Assembly: GCA_017519865.1 (NCBI GenBank)
Contig: JAFWRQ010000037.1
Coordinates: 17,460-81,459, forward strand
DNA length: 64,000 bases
Direction of reading: 5' to 3'
DNA from: Bacteroidales bacterium
GTDB lineage: Bacteria > Bacteroidota > Bacteroidia > Bacteroidales > UBA932
Position numbers and translations under genes: made by a program. Position 1 is the first letter of the stretch, and every line of letters starts with the position of its first letter. This document shows, one piece after another, positions 26,429 through 36,795 of the stretch. A model generated the notes under the pieces. The model did not search any database and had not been told where the DNA came from. It was given only the letters and a program-made list of their open reading frames with translations.

Positions 26429-28751
26429 TCACCCTCGTGTGCTCCTTGTCCTTGGACAGGGATACCCGAAGCGTACCTCCCGCACCCTTACGGAGCATCC
26501 TGTCCGTAATTATGTACTCGGAGACAGGGTCTTCAATATGCTTGGTCACGGCCCTCTTGAGCGGTCGGGCGCCATAGGCCGGATCATAGCCGGCATCTGC
26601 CACGAATTCCTTTGCCGAAGGTGTGACGACGAGCTTGTACCCGGCCTCCTGTACCCTGGCCTTCAGGTCCTTGAGCTCAAGGTCTATTATCTTGTGGAGG
26701 TCTTCCCTGGTCAGGGAGTTGAAGTACACCTTCTCGTCCACCCGGTTTATGAATTCCGGAGGGAAAAGCTTCTTCACGGCTTTCTCCAGCACGTTCCTCC
26801 TGTCTTTCTCCACATCCTTGCCCGGTCGGGCGAATCCCACTCCGCTGCCATATTCTTCAAGTTCGCGCGAGCCGACGTTCGATGTCATTATCACTATCGT
26901 GTTCCGGAAGTTCACCGTCCTGCCGTTGCTGTCCGTCAGTCTTCCTTCATCCAGCACCTGCAGAAGCAGGTTGAAAATGTCCGGGTGTGCCTTTTCAATC
27001 TCGTCCAGGAGCACTACGCAGTAGGGCTTCCGGCGGACTTTCTCGCTCAGCTGTCCGCCCTCTTCGTGCCCGACGTAGCCTGGAGGGGCACCGACGAGGC
27101 GTGAAGAGGTGAATTTCTTGGAATACTCCGACATGTCCACGCGTACGATATTGTCCTCGGAATCGAACAGGTACTCGGCCAGGCATTTGGCCAGGCGTGT
27201 CTTGCCTACTCCGGTAGGCCCGAAGAAGAGGAAAGTACCCACCGGGCGTCTCGGATCCTTGAGACCTGCCCTGTTGCGCCTAATGGCGCGGACGACCGTA
27301 TCCACGGCTTCGTCCTGTCCGACCACTTCTCCGCGGAGACGCTCGGACATCGCCAGGAGCCTGTGGCCCTCGCTCTCCGCAACCTTGCTAACAGGGATGC
27401 CGGTCATCCTCGAGACGACGCAGGCTATGTCGTCCGCATCGACGATATTCGACCCCTTGCGGTTATGGGCCATCCTGAGCCTGACCATCGACCCTGCCTC
27501 GTCCATCACGTCGATGGCCTTGTCCGGCAGTGCCCGGTCGGTGATGTAGCGGTCGGTCTGCCTTACGCAGGCCTCGATGGCCTCGGGGGAGTATTTCACG
27601 TTATGGAAGTTCTCGTAATTCTCCTGCAGGTTGCGCAGTATGTCTATGGACTGGGGAACATCCGTCGCTTCTACCACGACTTTCAGGAAACGCCGGTTGA
27701 GGGCGCCGTCCTTCTCAATGATTTTGGTGAACTCGTCCATGGTGGTGGCGCCGATGCACTGGATCTCCCCCCTTGCAAGGGCAGGCTTGAGCATGTTGGC
27801 GGCGTCGAGGCTGCCCTGGGCACCGCCGGCACCGACGATGGTATGGAACTCGTCGATGAAGAGTATTATGTCGGGATTGGCCTTGAGATTCTCGATGATG
27901 CCCTTGAGGCGTTTCTCGAAGTCTCCGCGATAGCGAGTGCCGGCCACTACTGATGCTATATCCAACGAAATCAAGCGCTTGCGCTTCAGGGCGGGAGGTA
28001 CGTCTCCCGCAGCGATCTTGAGTGCGAGGCCTTCGACTATCGCGGATTTTCCGACACCGGGTTCGCCTATCAGCATCGGATTGTTCTTCTTGCGGCGCCC
28101 AAGGATCTCGATGATCCTGGCGATTTCGACGTCGCGTCCCACGACGGGGTCGAGCACTCCGGCCTCGGCGGCCTTGGTCAGGTCCAGACCGAACTCCTCG
28201 ACGCTGTTTTCCTGTGCCGCGACCACTTCCTCCACTGCGTGGCCGACAGCCTTTTCGAACTCTTCCTTCTGCTCCGGAGTCTGTTCCGGGCGCTTGTCCT
28301 CCATTCCTTCGAAGAGTTCCTGTTCCTGCATGTAGTTCAGCAGGACGGGATAGTTCACTCCGTGGTTCTTCAGGAACACCTGGCTGTAGTTGCCGTCCGT
28401 GCGGCAGACTGCCAGCAGCATGTGCGAGCCGTCAGTCTCGGCATGCTTGAGCCTCGTGGCCTCGAGGATGGTGAGGTTCAGCAGGCTCTGTGCCGAACGG
28501 GACAGGACGACCTGGTCGGCATCGGAGTAGGGGATGGATCCCTGCCGGAAGATATGCATGTCGATGAACTGCTTCATCTCTTCGGGATCGGCCCCGAGGC
28601 CCCGCAGAGCCCTGCACGCGTTGTTGTCCGCGTGCCTCAGGATGCCCAGCATGAGGTGGTCGACTCCGATCCCATAACTCCCGGTGCGCATCGCTTCTTC
28701 GCGCGCATACCGGACCATCAGGTTCAGTTCATCAGAAATTCTCATTTCCAT
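26406..28751 (-). CDS. clpC: ATP-dependent Clp protease ATP-binding subunit (ClpC-like, M-domain absent)
   Basis: Clp-N repeats, GEPGVGKS, IDEFH, GPTGVGKT, LDEIEKAH, GVGF ClpP-binding loop, GARPLKR. Confidence 0.9.
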   Translation of the reverse strand: MEMRISDELNLMVRYAREEAMRTGSYGIGVDHLMLGILRHADNNACRALRGLGADPEEMKQFIDMHIFRQGSIPYSDADQVVLSRSAQSLLNLTILEATRLKHAETDGSHMLLAVCRTDGNYSQVFLKNHGVNYPVLLNYMQEQELFEGMEDKRPEQTPEQKEEFEKAVGHAVEEVVAAQENSVEEFGLDLTKAAEAGVLDPVVGRDVEIARIIEILGRRKKNNPMLIGEPGVGKSAIVEGLALKIAAGDVPPALKRKRLISLDIASVVAGTRYRGDFEKRLKGIIENLKANPDIILFIDEFHTIVGAGGAQGSLDAANMLKPALARGEIQCIGATTMDEFTKIIEKDGALNRRFLKVVVEATDVPQSIDILRNLQENYENFHNVKYSPEAIEACVRQTDRYITDRALPDKAIDVMDEAGSMVRLRMAHNRKGSNIVDADDIACVVSRMTGIPVSKVAESEGHRLLAMSERLRGEVVGQDEAVDTVVRAIRRNRAGLKDPRRPVGTFLFFGPTGVGKTRLAKCLAEYLFDSEDNIVRVDMSEYSKKFTSSRLVGAPPGYVGHEEGGQLSEKVRRKPYCVVLLDEIEKAHPDIFNLLLQVLDEGRLTDSNGRTVNFRNTIVIMTSNVGSRELEEYGSGVGFARPGKDVEKDRRNVLEKAVKKLFPPEFINRVDEKVYFNSLTREDLHKIIDLELKDLKARVQEAGYKLVVTPSAKEFVADAGYDPAYGARPLKRAVTKHIEDPVSEYIITDRMLRKGAGGTLRVSLSKDKEHTRVTRTASHQ

Positions 28752-28779
28752 AATGACGAATAATGAAGATAGAGTTCTA

Positions 28780-28816
28780 CAAAATTAAGAAAATTCAAAT
28801 TAAAATGTTAAATTTG
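28780..28816. promoter_or_regulatory. Divergent -7 elements for clpC and gyrA
   Basis: TAATTTTG on minus at 28780-28787; TAAATTTG on plus at 28809-28816. Confidence 0.7.
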
Positions 28817-28862
28817 CATGTTTATATGCGAGTAAATCGAGAAGAATATTTTAGTGCAGTTT

Positions 28863-31409
28863 ATGGATATTGAGGAAAATAACAACGAACAGTTCCAAGG
28901 AATCATCGAACCGGTCGAGATCGACCACGAGATGCGCACGGCGTACATCGACTATTCGATGTCCGTCATCGTGTCCCGTGCCCTTCCGGATGTGCGCGAC
29001 GGACTGAAGCCGGTCCAGAGGCGCGTGCTCTTCGGAATGGATGGTCTCGGCCTCAAATACTCTGGGCAGACCAAGAAGTCCGCCAGGATCGTCGGAGAGG
29101 TGCTCGGCAAGTTCCACCCGCACGGCGATTCCAGCGTGTACGACGCCATTGCCCGCCTCGCCCAGAATTGGAACCAGCGTTACCCCCTCGTCTATGGTCA
29201 GGGCAATTTCGGTTCAATGGACGGCGACCCGGTAGCCGCCATGCGTTACACCGAGGCCAAACTTGAGAAGATTACCGAGGATGTCCTTGCGGACCTCGAC
29301 AAGAATACGGTTGACTTCCAGCTCAACTTCGACGATACCATTCCGGAGCCCACCGTGCTCCCTACCAAGGCGCCCCTCCTGCTCCTTAACGGATCTGCCG
29401 GCATCGCCGTCGGTATGGCCACCAACATGGCTCCGCACAACCTCTCCGAGTGCTGCGACGCCATTTGCGCGTACATCGACAACCCCGACATCACCGTCGA
29501 GGGTCTCATGGAGCACATCAAGGGTCCTGACTTCCCGACCGGAGGCATCATCCAGGGACGCCAGGGCATCATCGACGCATACACCACTGGACGCGGCAAG
29601 GTCGTCGTCCGTGCGCGCACCGAGATCGAGGAGGACGAGCGCGGCCGCGACTGCATCGTCGTCACCGAGGTGCCGTACATGGTGAACAAGAGCGAGATGA
29701 TCAAGCGCATCGGCGAGATGGTCGAGGACAAGCGCATCGACGGCATCTCGGACATCAAGGAGCTTTCCAGCCGCGAGGGCATCCGCATCGTCTTCTACCT
29801 GAAGAAGGATGCCAATGCCAACGTCGTGATGAACACGCTCTTCAAGTACACCGCCCTCCAGTCCAGCTTCGCCATCAACAACGTGGCGCTGGTCAAGGGC
29901 CGTCCCCGTACCCTTTCTCTCAAGGAGATCATCGCCAATTTCGTAGACTTCCGTCACGAGGTCGTGGTGCGCCGCACCCGGTTCGACCTCGAGAAGGCAC
30001 AGAAGCGCGCCCATATCCTCGAAGGCCTGCTCAGGGCCATCGACGTCATCGACGAGATCATCGCCATCATACGCCGTTCCGCCAATATCGACGAGGCCAA
30101 GGCCGAACTCGTGGCGACCTTCGGATTCTCCGAGACTCAGGCCACCGCCATCGTCGAGATGCGTCTCCGCCAGCTCACCGGACTCGAGAAGGCCAAGCTC
30201 CAGGCCGAGTACGACGACCTCGAGAAGTTCATCGCCCGCTGCCAGGAGATCCTCGCGAGCGAGACCGAGCAGCTCAACATCGTCAAGCAGGAGTCCATGG
30301 AGCTCAAGCAGAGATACGGTGACGCCCGCCGCACCGAGATCACCCTTTCCTCCGAGGAGTTCAATCCCGAGGACTTCTATGCCGACGACGACGTGGTCAT
30401 CACCATCTCCCACCTTGGCTATATCAAGCGCACCCTCCTCAGCGAGTTCCGTACGCAGAACCGCGGTGGCGTTGGCATGAAGGCCAGCGCCACGCGCGAC
30501 GAGGACTTCATCGAGCATATCTACGTCACCAACATGCACAGCACGCTTCTCTTCTTCACCGAGAAGGGCCTCTGCTATCGCCTCAAGGTGTACGAACTCC
30601 CGGAAGGCACCCGTACCTCCAAGGGCCGCGCCATCCAGAACCTCATCGCCATCGATCCCGACGACCGTGTCAAGGCCTATGTCTCCGCCAAGTCCATCGA
30701 GGATCCCGAGTATTGCCAGAACAATTTCGTGGTGCTGGTAACCAAGCGCGGCACCATCAAGAAAACTTCGCTCGAGGCCTATTCCAACAAACGCAGCCGT
30801 GCCAAGGGCATCATCGCCATCACGGTGCGCGAAGGCGACGAACTCGTCGAGGCCATCCTTACCAACGGCGACCACGAGATCATGATCGCGGCCAGGAACG
30901 GACGCTGCGTCCGCTTCCCGGAGAGCGACGCCCGTCCTCTCGGCCGAGGCGCTTCCGGCGTCCGCGGCATAAATATCGAGGATGACGACGAGGTTGTCGG
31001 AATGATCTCAGCAGACCCTTCCGACCCGGAGAGTTCCGCCCATACCGTGCTGGTAGTCAGCGAGAACGGGTATGGTAAGCGCTCCCATCGGGAGGACTAC
31101 CGTGTCACCAGCAGGGGAGCCAAGGGTGTCAAGACTTTGGACATCACCGACAAGACTGGCCCGCTTGTTGCAATGAAGACGGTATCGGAGGATAACGACC
31201 TGATGATTATCAACCGTTCGGGCATGACCATAAGGATGTCCGTAAGTGACATAAGGGTGGCCGGAAGGGCCACGCAGGGTGTCAAACTCATCAACCTCAG
31301 GGGCGCGGACTCCATCGCCGCAGTCTCTGTTGTAGCCAAATCCGAGGAAGAGGGAACGGCCGCCCCTGAAGCCGGCGCCGAAACCATAAGCCCCGAAATC
31401 GAGGAATAA
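28863..31409 (+). CDS. gyrA: DNA gyrase subunit A
   Basis: [33 protein letters not shown], GyrA-box QNRGGVG, C-terminal pinwheel repeats. Confidence 0.96.
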   Translation: MDIEENNNEQFQGIIEPVEIDHEMRTAYIDYSMSVIVSRALPDVRDGLKPVQRRVLFGMDGLGLKYSGQTKKSARIVGEVLGKFHPHGDSSVYDAIARLAQNWNQRYPLVYGQGNFGSMDGDPVAAMRYTEAKLEKITEDVLADLDKNTVDFQLNFDDTIPEPTVLPTKAPLLLLNGSAGIAVGMATNMAPHNLSECCDAICAYIDNPDITVEGLMEHIKGPDFPTGGIIQGRQGIIDAYTTGRGKVVVRARTEIEEDERGRDCIVVTEVPYMVNKSEMIKRIGEMVEDKRIDGISDIKELSSREGIRIVFYLKKDANANVVMNTLFKYTALQSSFAINNVALVKGRPRTLSLKEIIANFVDFRHEVVVRRTRFDLEKAQKRAHILEGLLRAIDVIDEIIAIIRRSANIDEAKAELVATFGFSETQATAIVEMRLRQLTGLEKAKLQAEYDDLEKFIARCQEILASETEQLNIVKQESMELKQRYGDARRTEITLSSEEFNPEDFYADDDVVITISHLGYIKRTLLSEFRTQNRGGVGMKASATRDEDFIEHIYVTNMHSTLLFFTEKGLCYRLKVYELPEGTRTSKGRAIQNLIAIDPDDRVKAYVSAKSIEDPEYCQNNFVVLVTKRGTIKKTSLEAYSNKRSRAKGIIAITVREGDELVEAILTNGDHEIMIAARNGRCVRFPESDARPLGRGASGVRGINIEDDDEVVGMISADPSDPESSAHTVLVVSENGYGKRSHREDYRVTSRGAKGVKTLDITDKTGPLVAMKTVSEDNDLMIINRSGMTIRMSVSDIRVAGRATQGVKLINLRGADSIAAVSVVAKSEEEGTAAPEAGAETISPEIEE

Positions 31410-31438
31410 TCATTAACAACTACTAACTATATTTTCTT

Positions 31439-32755
31439 ATGAAAAAAATCTTTATCGCACTGGCACTGATCGCTTCCGTGACTTTCGCCTCTGCACAGAA
31501 CAACGTCAAGTCCCTGAGTGCAGCCAAGTCCGCCCTCGAGGCCGCTGAGGCTGCTGCCAACAACGCCAAGAAAGCCACCAAGGTGGCCACCTGGCTGAAA
31601 CTCGCCAGCTCCTATATGGACGCTTATAACGCCCCTATGGGCAACGGTTGGATCGGCGCCTCTGCCCAGGAGCTCAATCTCGTCATGGGCAACCAGCGCG
31701 CCATATCCGAGGAGAACGTCGAGATCAACGGAACCCAGTACCTCAAGAAGGCTTATCCCACCGCCGACTATTATTTCAACCAGGGTGGTCAGCTCTCCAT
31801 GATCAGGGTAACCCAGCCCATTGCCCAGAATGCACTTGAAAAGGCTCTCGACGCTTATAAGAACGCTCTCAAGACCGACCCTAAGGGTACCAAGACCGAC
31901 GAGATCGTCAAAGGTATCGAGACCATAATCGAGAAACTTAATCAGGAGGCCTATGACGCCTACACCATGGGCGACTTCGCCACTGCCAGCAAGTATTTCG
32001 AGGCTGCCGCCGATGCTTCTGCGACCGCTCCCCTCAACAAGTTTGACGGTGAGTCCGTCTACAACGCAGGTTTCTCCGCCTGGGCAGGCGGTGATTCCAA
32101 CCGTGCCAAGACCTTATTCCAGAAGTGTATCGACAACAAGTATTTCGGCGAGAACGGCGACGTCTATGCCAAGCTTGCTGAAGTCACTGAGAAGCTCGGC
32201 GACAAGGAGGGTTCCAAGAACATCCTCGAGGAAGGCTTCGCCGCCTTCCCGTCCAGCCAGTCCATCCTCATCGGCCTCATCAACTATTATGTGAACTCCA
32301 ACCAGGATACCGACCGTCTCTTCACCCTTCTTGACAACGCCAAGAAGAACGAGCCCAACAACGCTTCCCTCTACTATGTCGAGGGTAACATCTACAAGGA
32401 GCTCGGCAAGCTCGAGGAGGCTGTCGCTTCCTACAAGAAGTGCTCCGAGATGAATCCCGACTACGAGTATGGCTACATCGGTGAGGGACTGCTTCGCTAC
32501 AATGAGGCTTTCGAGATCCAGGAGGAGGCCCAGGCCGAGCTTGACGACGCCAAGTACAATGCTCTTGTCGACAGGTTCGACGCCGCCCTCAAGGCTTGCA
32601 TCACTCCTTTCGAGAAGGCTCTCGAGATCACCAAGGACGAGTCGCTCAAGCCCAGCATCGCCGAGTATCTCAAGAATGCCTGCTATCGCTTCCGCGAGGA
32701 GCCAGGCTTCCAGGAGAAGTACGACAAGTATTCCAAGATCGCCGCTGGCGAGTAA
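31439..32755 (+). CDS. Secreted tetratricopeptide-repeat protein
   Basis: Signal peptide ending ASA; helical TPR-like repeats (LYYVEGNIYKELGKLEEAVASYKKC). Confidence 0.8.
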   Translation: MKKIFIALALIASVTFASAQNNVKSLSAAKSALEAAEAAANNAKKATKVATWLKLASSYMDAYNAPMGNGWIGASAQELNLVMGNQRAISEENVEINGTQYLKKAYPTADYYFNQGGQLSMIRVTQPIAQNALEKALDAYKNALKTDPKGTKTDEIVKGIETIIEKLNQEAYDAYTMGDFATASKYFEAAADASATAPLNKFDGESVYNAGFSAWAGGDSNRAKTLFQKCIDNKYFGENGDVYAKLAEVTEKLGDKEGSKNILEEGFAAFPSSQSILIGLINYYVNSNQDTDRLFTLLDNAKKNEPNNASLYYVEGNIYKELGKLEEAVASYKKCSEMNPDYEYGYIGEGLLRYNEAFEIQEEAQAELDDAKYNALVDRFDAALKACITPFEKALEITKDESLKPSIAEYLKNACYRFREEPGFQEKYDKYSKIAAGE

Positions 32756-32770
32756 TCTTTGCTGAATATG

Positions 32771-32804
32771 AAAACAGCCTGCAGAATCCTGCAGGCTGTT
32801 TTTT
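32771..32804. terminator. Bidirectional terminator between the TPR gene and phoH
   Basis: aaaacagcctgcag-aatc-ctgcaggctgtttt. Confidence 0.85.
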
Positions 32805-33750
32805 ATTCCTCTGCCAGACCTTTGTCGAAGGCCTTGACGATCTTGGTGACGAGGGGGTGCCGGACGATGTCGTCGTTAGTAAAGCGGATGACGCTGATGC
32901 CCTTGATGCCTTCGACCAGGCTGATGCCCTTCAGCAGGCCGCTGTCAGCCCTGTTGGGGAGGTCCACCTGGGTTGCGTCGCCCGTGACGATGAACTTGGC
33001 GTTGCAGCCCATTCGGGTGAGGAACATCTTGAGCTGGCCTATGTTGGTGTTCTGGGCTTCGTCTAGGATGACGCAGGCCCTGTCTAGCGTGCGTCCGCGC
33101 ATGTAGGCTAGAGGTGCAATCTGGATGGTGCCGTCGGCCATGAACTCGGAAAGTTTCCTGTGGGGGATCATGTCGCCCAGGGCGTCGTAAAGTGGCTGGA
33201 GATATGGGTCAAGCTTGTCCTTGAGGTCGCCCGGCAGGAAGCCGAGGCGCTCTCCGGCCTCGACGGCAGGCCGGGTGAGGATGATCCGCTTGATCTCGCG
33301 GTTCTTTAGCGCGCGGACGGCAAGCGCGATGGCTATGTAGGTCTTGCCGGTGCCGGCCGGGCCGACGGCGAACACGAGGTCGTTGTCGAAGTAGGCCTTG
33401 ACCATCTCCTGCTGTGTGAGATTACGGGCGCGGATGGGTTTTCCGTCGGTGCTGTGGACGATGACGGCGTCGCCGCTCTGCCTGAAACGGTCCGGTGAAG
33501 AATCGCCGTCGAAGATGTCCTCGACGTCGTAGACGGTGAGGTTCATCTTGCGGTGGCGTCTTTGTACCAGTTCGTTGAACTTCATCTCGAAGTCCTCGAT
33601 GCGGGCTTCCTTGCCGTCAAGGATGATTTCGTCGCCGCGGGCGACTACCTTGAGCTCGGGGAAGTAGGTACAGAACTCTTCCAGGATCTTGTTCCCGGCG
33701 CCGAAGATCTCGATGGGGTCAATGGCTTCCAGCTTGATGGTTTTCCTCAT
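32803..33750 (-). CDS. phoH: PhoH-family ATPase
   Basis: GPAGTGKT, TRPAVEAGERLGFLPG, PLAYMRGRTL, LDEAQN, RHPLV. Confidence 0.93.
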   Translation of the reverse strand: MRKTIKLEAIDPIEIFGAGNKILEEFCTYFPELKVVARGDEIILDGKEARIEDFEMKFNELVQRRHRKMNLTVYDVEDIFDGDSSPDRFRQSGDAVIVHSTDGKPIRARNLTQQEMVKAYFDNDLVFAVGPAGTGKTYIAIALAVRALKNREIKRIILTRPAVEAGERLGFLPGDLKDKLDPYLQPLYDALGDMIPHRKLSEFMADGTIQIAPLAYMRGRTLDRACVILDEAQNTNIGQLKMFLTRMGCNAKFIVTGDATQVDLPNRADSGLLKGISLVEGIKGISVIRFTNDDIVRHPLVTKIVKAFDKGLAEE

Positions 33751-34831
33751 ATATTCCAGTTTCTTTTATTACCCTATTATATGTTGCGGTCATATTGTCG
33801 TAGTCTGAAGGGGTGAGCCACTCGTCCCGGCGTCCGAGGAACGCTTTGACGGGGATCGTCACGTAATTGTCGCGGAGCATGCCCGGCAGGCAGCACCAGA
33901 GGAAGACAAGTTCCGGCTCGAGCATCTTCTTGGACCCGTCCGGGAAGTGCACGAATCGTGCCCGGACGGCAAGTTCCAGCCGCGTGTTCTCCTTGCTCAT
34001 GTTAGAAACGGCGTTGCCCATGGAATAGATGACGGGCACGCCGCGGACGTGGGATGTGTCCTGGATGACGTGGGGGTGCGCGCCGACAATAAGGTCGGCT
34101 CCCTGGTCCGCAAGCCATGCGGCCCATTCCTCCTGTTCCCGGGAATGCCTAAGGATGAACTCGTCGCCCCAATGGGGGAGGGCGATGATGAAATCGGCGC
34201 CCCGTTCCTTGGCGCGGGCGATCATCTGCCCGACGTCTTCGCGGTCCATGGAATGGATGAGCGGCCAGCCGTCATAAGGTTCGTAATTGCTTCCGTATGT
34301 GAAGTTTACGAAGGCGAGACGGATACCTTTGCCCACGATGACGAGAGGATTGAGCAGGGAGTCGGCAGCAGGATCGGCTGCACAGCCGGTGTACCTGACG
34401 CCACAACTGTCCAGCATCGAATCGTAGACCTGGAGGGTGCGCCTGATACCGCGTCTTCCTTTGTCCAGGATGTGGTTGTTGGCAGTCAGGAACACGTCCA
34501 CGCCGTGTGCGGCGATGCTGTATGCATAGCGGTCAGGGGCGGAGAAGGAAGGGTATCCTGTATATGGCTTCCCGGCAAGTGAAAACTCGAGGTTGGCGAC
34601 GGAGATGTCCGCATCGCGGGTGATGTCCCCGAGCTCCTCGAAGAATCCGTCGCAGTCGTATTCCATCTGGCGGGAATGCATCATAACATCGCCGAGGAAT
34701 GTGACGGTGACGGTGTCCGGCTTCGCCCTGAACGGTCTCGGATATGGAACGGCATAATCCCACTGCGCCCGGGCGGACCCGCAGAGGGCCAGGAGGGTGA
34801 GGGTGAATATGGCTTTCCAATGGTGGCGCAT
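33719..34831 (-). CDS. CapA/PGA_cap-family metallophosphoesterase
   Basis: GDVMMH, ANLE, ANNHILD, PHWGDEF, GAHPHV, YSMGN; signal peptide; TATATTTG on minus at 34858-34865. Confidence 0.85.
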   Translation of the reverse strand: MRHHWKAIFTLTLLALCGSARAQWDYAVPYPRPFRAKPDTVTVTFLGDVMMHSRQMEYDCDGFFEELGDITRDADISVANLEFSLAGKPYTGYPSFSAPDRYAYSIAAHGVDVFLTANNHILDKGRRGIRRTLQVYDSMLDSCGVRYTGCAADPAADSLLNPLVIVGKGIRLAFVNFTYGSNYEPYDGWPLIHSMDREDVGQMIARAKERGADFIIALPHWGDEFILRHSREQEEWAAWLADQGADLIVGAHPHVIQDTSHVRGVPVIYSMGNAVSNMSKENTRLELAVRARFVHFPDGSKKMLEPELVFLWCCLPGMLRDNYVTIPVKAFLGRRDEWLTPSDYDNMTATYNRVIKETGIYEENHQAGSH

Positions 34832-34924
34832 CGGCACGGTTTTTCCTGTTACGGGTACAAATATACATTTTTTTTGTTGTCGAAACTTAATTCACTAAAT
34901 TTGCATTTTATTGAAAATGGCCTT

Positions 34925-35455
34925 ATGAAGAATAAGATTCTTGTTATCAGTGCGTTTCTGATCGCCTTGCTGACCGCTTGCGGATGTGATATGTTCCGTG
35001 CGCTGGCAGGTCGTCCGACCTCGTCGGACTTGAAGGCGATGCGCACCGCCCTGGTCGCCCGCGAAGCCGCGGAAGCGGCCCGGAAGGATTCGCTGGAGCG
35101 CGTCCGCCTCGAGGCCGAGAAAGCGGTCCGTATGGCGGCAGCCCTCGACACGCTTGAATCGATGAAGGGATTGCTCCGCACTCCTGCCCGTTTCAACGGA
35201 CTGGCTTCGGGGATCGAACCCGGGGCCAAATACTATATCGTGGTCGGATCCTTCAGGGACAGGGCCAATGCACAGAAATACAGCGAGAAGCTGACCGCGG
35301 ACGGCTATCCCGCCGAGGCGGTGGGCTTCCGCAACGGCTTTACTGCCGTGGGCGTCTGCCCCACGGACGACCCTTCCGCCCTTCTGGCTTCGCTCAGGAG
35401 CGTGCGCAAGGAGAAGTTCTGCCCCAAGGAAGTCTGGGTTCTTGTAAATGAATAG
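34925..35455 (+). CDS. SPOR-domain lipoprotein
   Basis: Lipoprotein signal LLTACGC; YYIVVGSFRDRANA SPOR motif; TAAATTTG at 34896-34903. Confidence 0.8.
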   Translation: MKNKILVISAFLIALLTACGCDMFRALAGRPTSSDLKAMRTALVAREAAEAARKDSLERVRLEAEKAVRMAAALDTLESMKGLLRTPARFNGLASGIEPGAKYYIVVGSFRDRANAQKYSEKLTADGYPAEAVGFRNGFTAVGVCPTDDPSALLASLRSVRKEKFCPKEVWVLVNE

Positions 35456-35458
35456 GTT

Positions 35459-36787
35459 ATGAGGAGAGCTCTGTTTTTCTTTATCCTGTTCACGTGCACC
35501 GCTTCCTTCTGTGCCGCGCAATACCGCGACGACGTCTATCGTGGCCTTAATGACAGCGAGACGGTTGCCGCCATGCGCGAGCACGTCGGCTTTCTCGCTT
35601 CCGCGGCGCTGGAAGGCCGCGCCGCCGGCTCGGAGGGCGAACTCGAGGCCGCAGACTATGTCAGGGAAGTGCTGGAGGCCTACGGTGTCGAACTCCTGTC
35701 CGGAGTCGACGGAGACGAGTTCGGCATCAAGAGGGACAACGGCGACACCCTTGTGTCGCGCAATGTCATAGGCATAATCAGAGGAAACGACAAGACCCTG
35801 AAAGACCGCTACATCGTCGTCGGAGCGCGCCTCGACAACATAGGGACGCGTATCATTACCGTCGACGGAGAACCTGTGACAAACATCTACAACGGCGCGA
35901 ACGGCAACGCCTCGGGCGTGGCGATGATGCTGGAACTGGCACGTATGCTGAAGGTCAACTCCTTCATGCTCAAGCGTTCCGTCGTTTTCGTGGCTTTCGG
36001 CTCCTCGCTCGAGTCTCATATAGGTTCGTGGTATTTCCTCAACCGTTCTTTCAAGGATGCCGACAAGATTGACGGCATGGTCAACCTTGATATCGTCGGC
36101 AGCGGAAGGGGATTCTACGCATATACTTCTTCCAATGCCGACATGAACCGCATCGTCAACCGCGTGAACGCTACCCTCCAGCCGGTAAAGCCTGAAGTCA
36201 CTGCCACTGAGCCCGTTGACTCGGACCATAGGATGTTCTACGCTTCCGAAATCCCTTCCGTACTCTTCACCACAGGGATGTATCCCGAGTATGGAACCGT
36301 CCGTGACACTCCCTCCATCGTGCATCTCGACGACATGGAGCTCGAGCTGGAGTATATTTACAATTTCACCCTTGAACTCGCGAACGGGGCGGCTCCGTCT
36401 TTCTTCCCGGACCGTACGCCTGCCGCTCCAGCCGTATCTGCCGGTGCCATCCCATACTACGAATGTGACATTCCGCCGACCTTCCTTGGCAGCACCGACC
36501 CCAAGGTTTTCCTTGAGAAATGGGTCTATGCGTACCTCAAATATCCGCAGGAGGCTGTCAGGAACGGTGTACAGGGACGTGTACTGGTGGATTTCGTCAT
36601 TGACGAGAAAGGGAAGATGACCGACGTGAAAGTGTTGAAAGGCGTGGATCCGCTGCTCGATGCCGAGGCCGTCAAGGTCGTGAGCGCATCGCCGGATTGG
36701 AAACCTGCCAGGCTTCAAGGCAGGAAAGTCCGCTCGGAGATGTCACTCTATGTTGAATTCAAACTCGAAAAGAGAAAAAACAGATAG
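35459..36787 (+). CDS. M28 peptidase-like domain (degenerate) fused to a TonB C-terminal domain
   Basis: LEGR..GSEG, RNVIG, NLDIVG, SDH (M28 fold); C-terminal [24 protein letters not shown]...WKPA (TonB_C). Confidence 0.8.
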   Translation: MRRALFFFILFTCTASFCAAQYRDDVYRGLNDSETVAAMREHVGFLASAALEGRAAGSEGELEAADYVREVLEAYGVELLSGVDGDEFGIKRDNGDTLVSRNVIGIIRGNDKTLKDRYIVVGARLDNIGTRIITVDGEPVTNIYNGANGNASGVAMMLELARMLKVNSFMLKRSVVFVAFGSSLESHIGSWYFLNRSFKDADKIDGMVNLDIVGSGRGFYAYTSSNADMNRIVNRVNATLQPVKPEVTATEPVDSDHRMFYASEIPSVLFTTGMYPEYGTVRDTPSIVHLDDMELELEYIYNFTLELANGAAPSFFPDRTPAAPAVSAGAIPYYECDIPPTFLGSTDPKVFLEKWVYAYLKYPQEAVRNGVQGRVLVDFVIDEKGKMTDVKVLKGVDPLLDAEAVKVVSASPDWKPARLQGRKVRSEMSLYVEFKLEKRKNR

Positions 36788-36795
36788 GAATACAG

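Noticed and set aside
29110-29150. Quinolone-resistance change in the GyrA QRDR
   Set aside because: HGDSSVYD retains Ser and Asp at the usual resistance positions.
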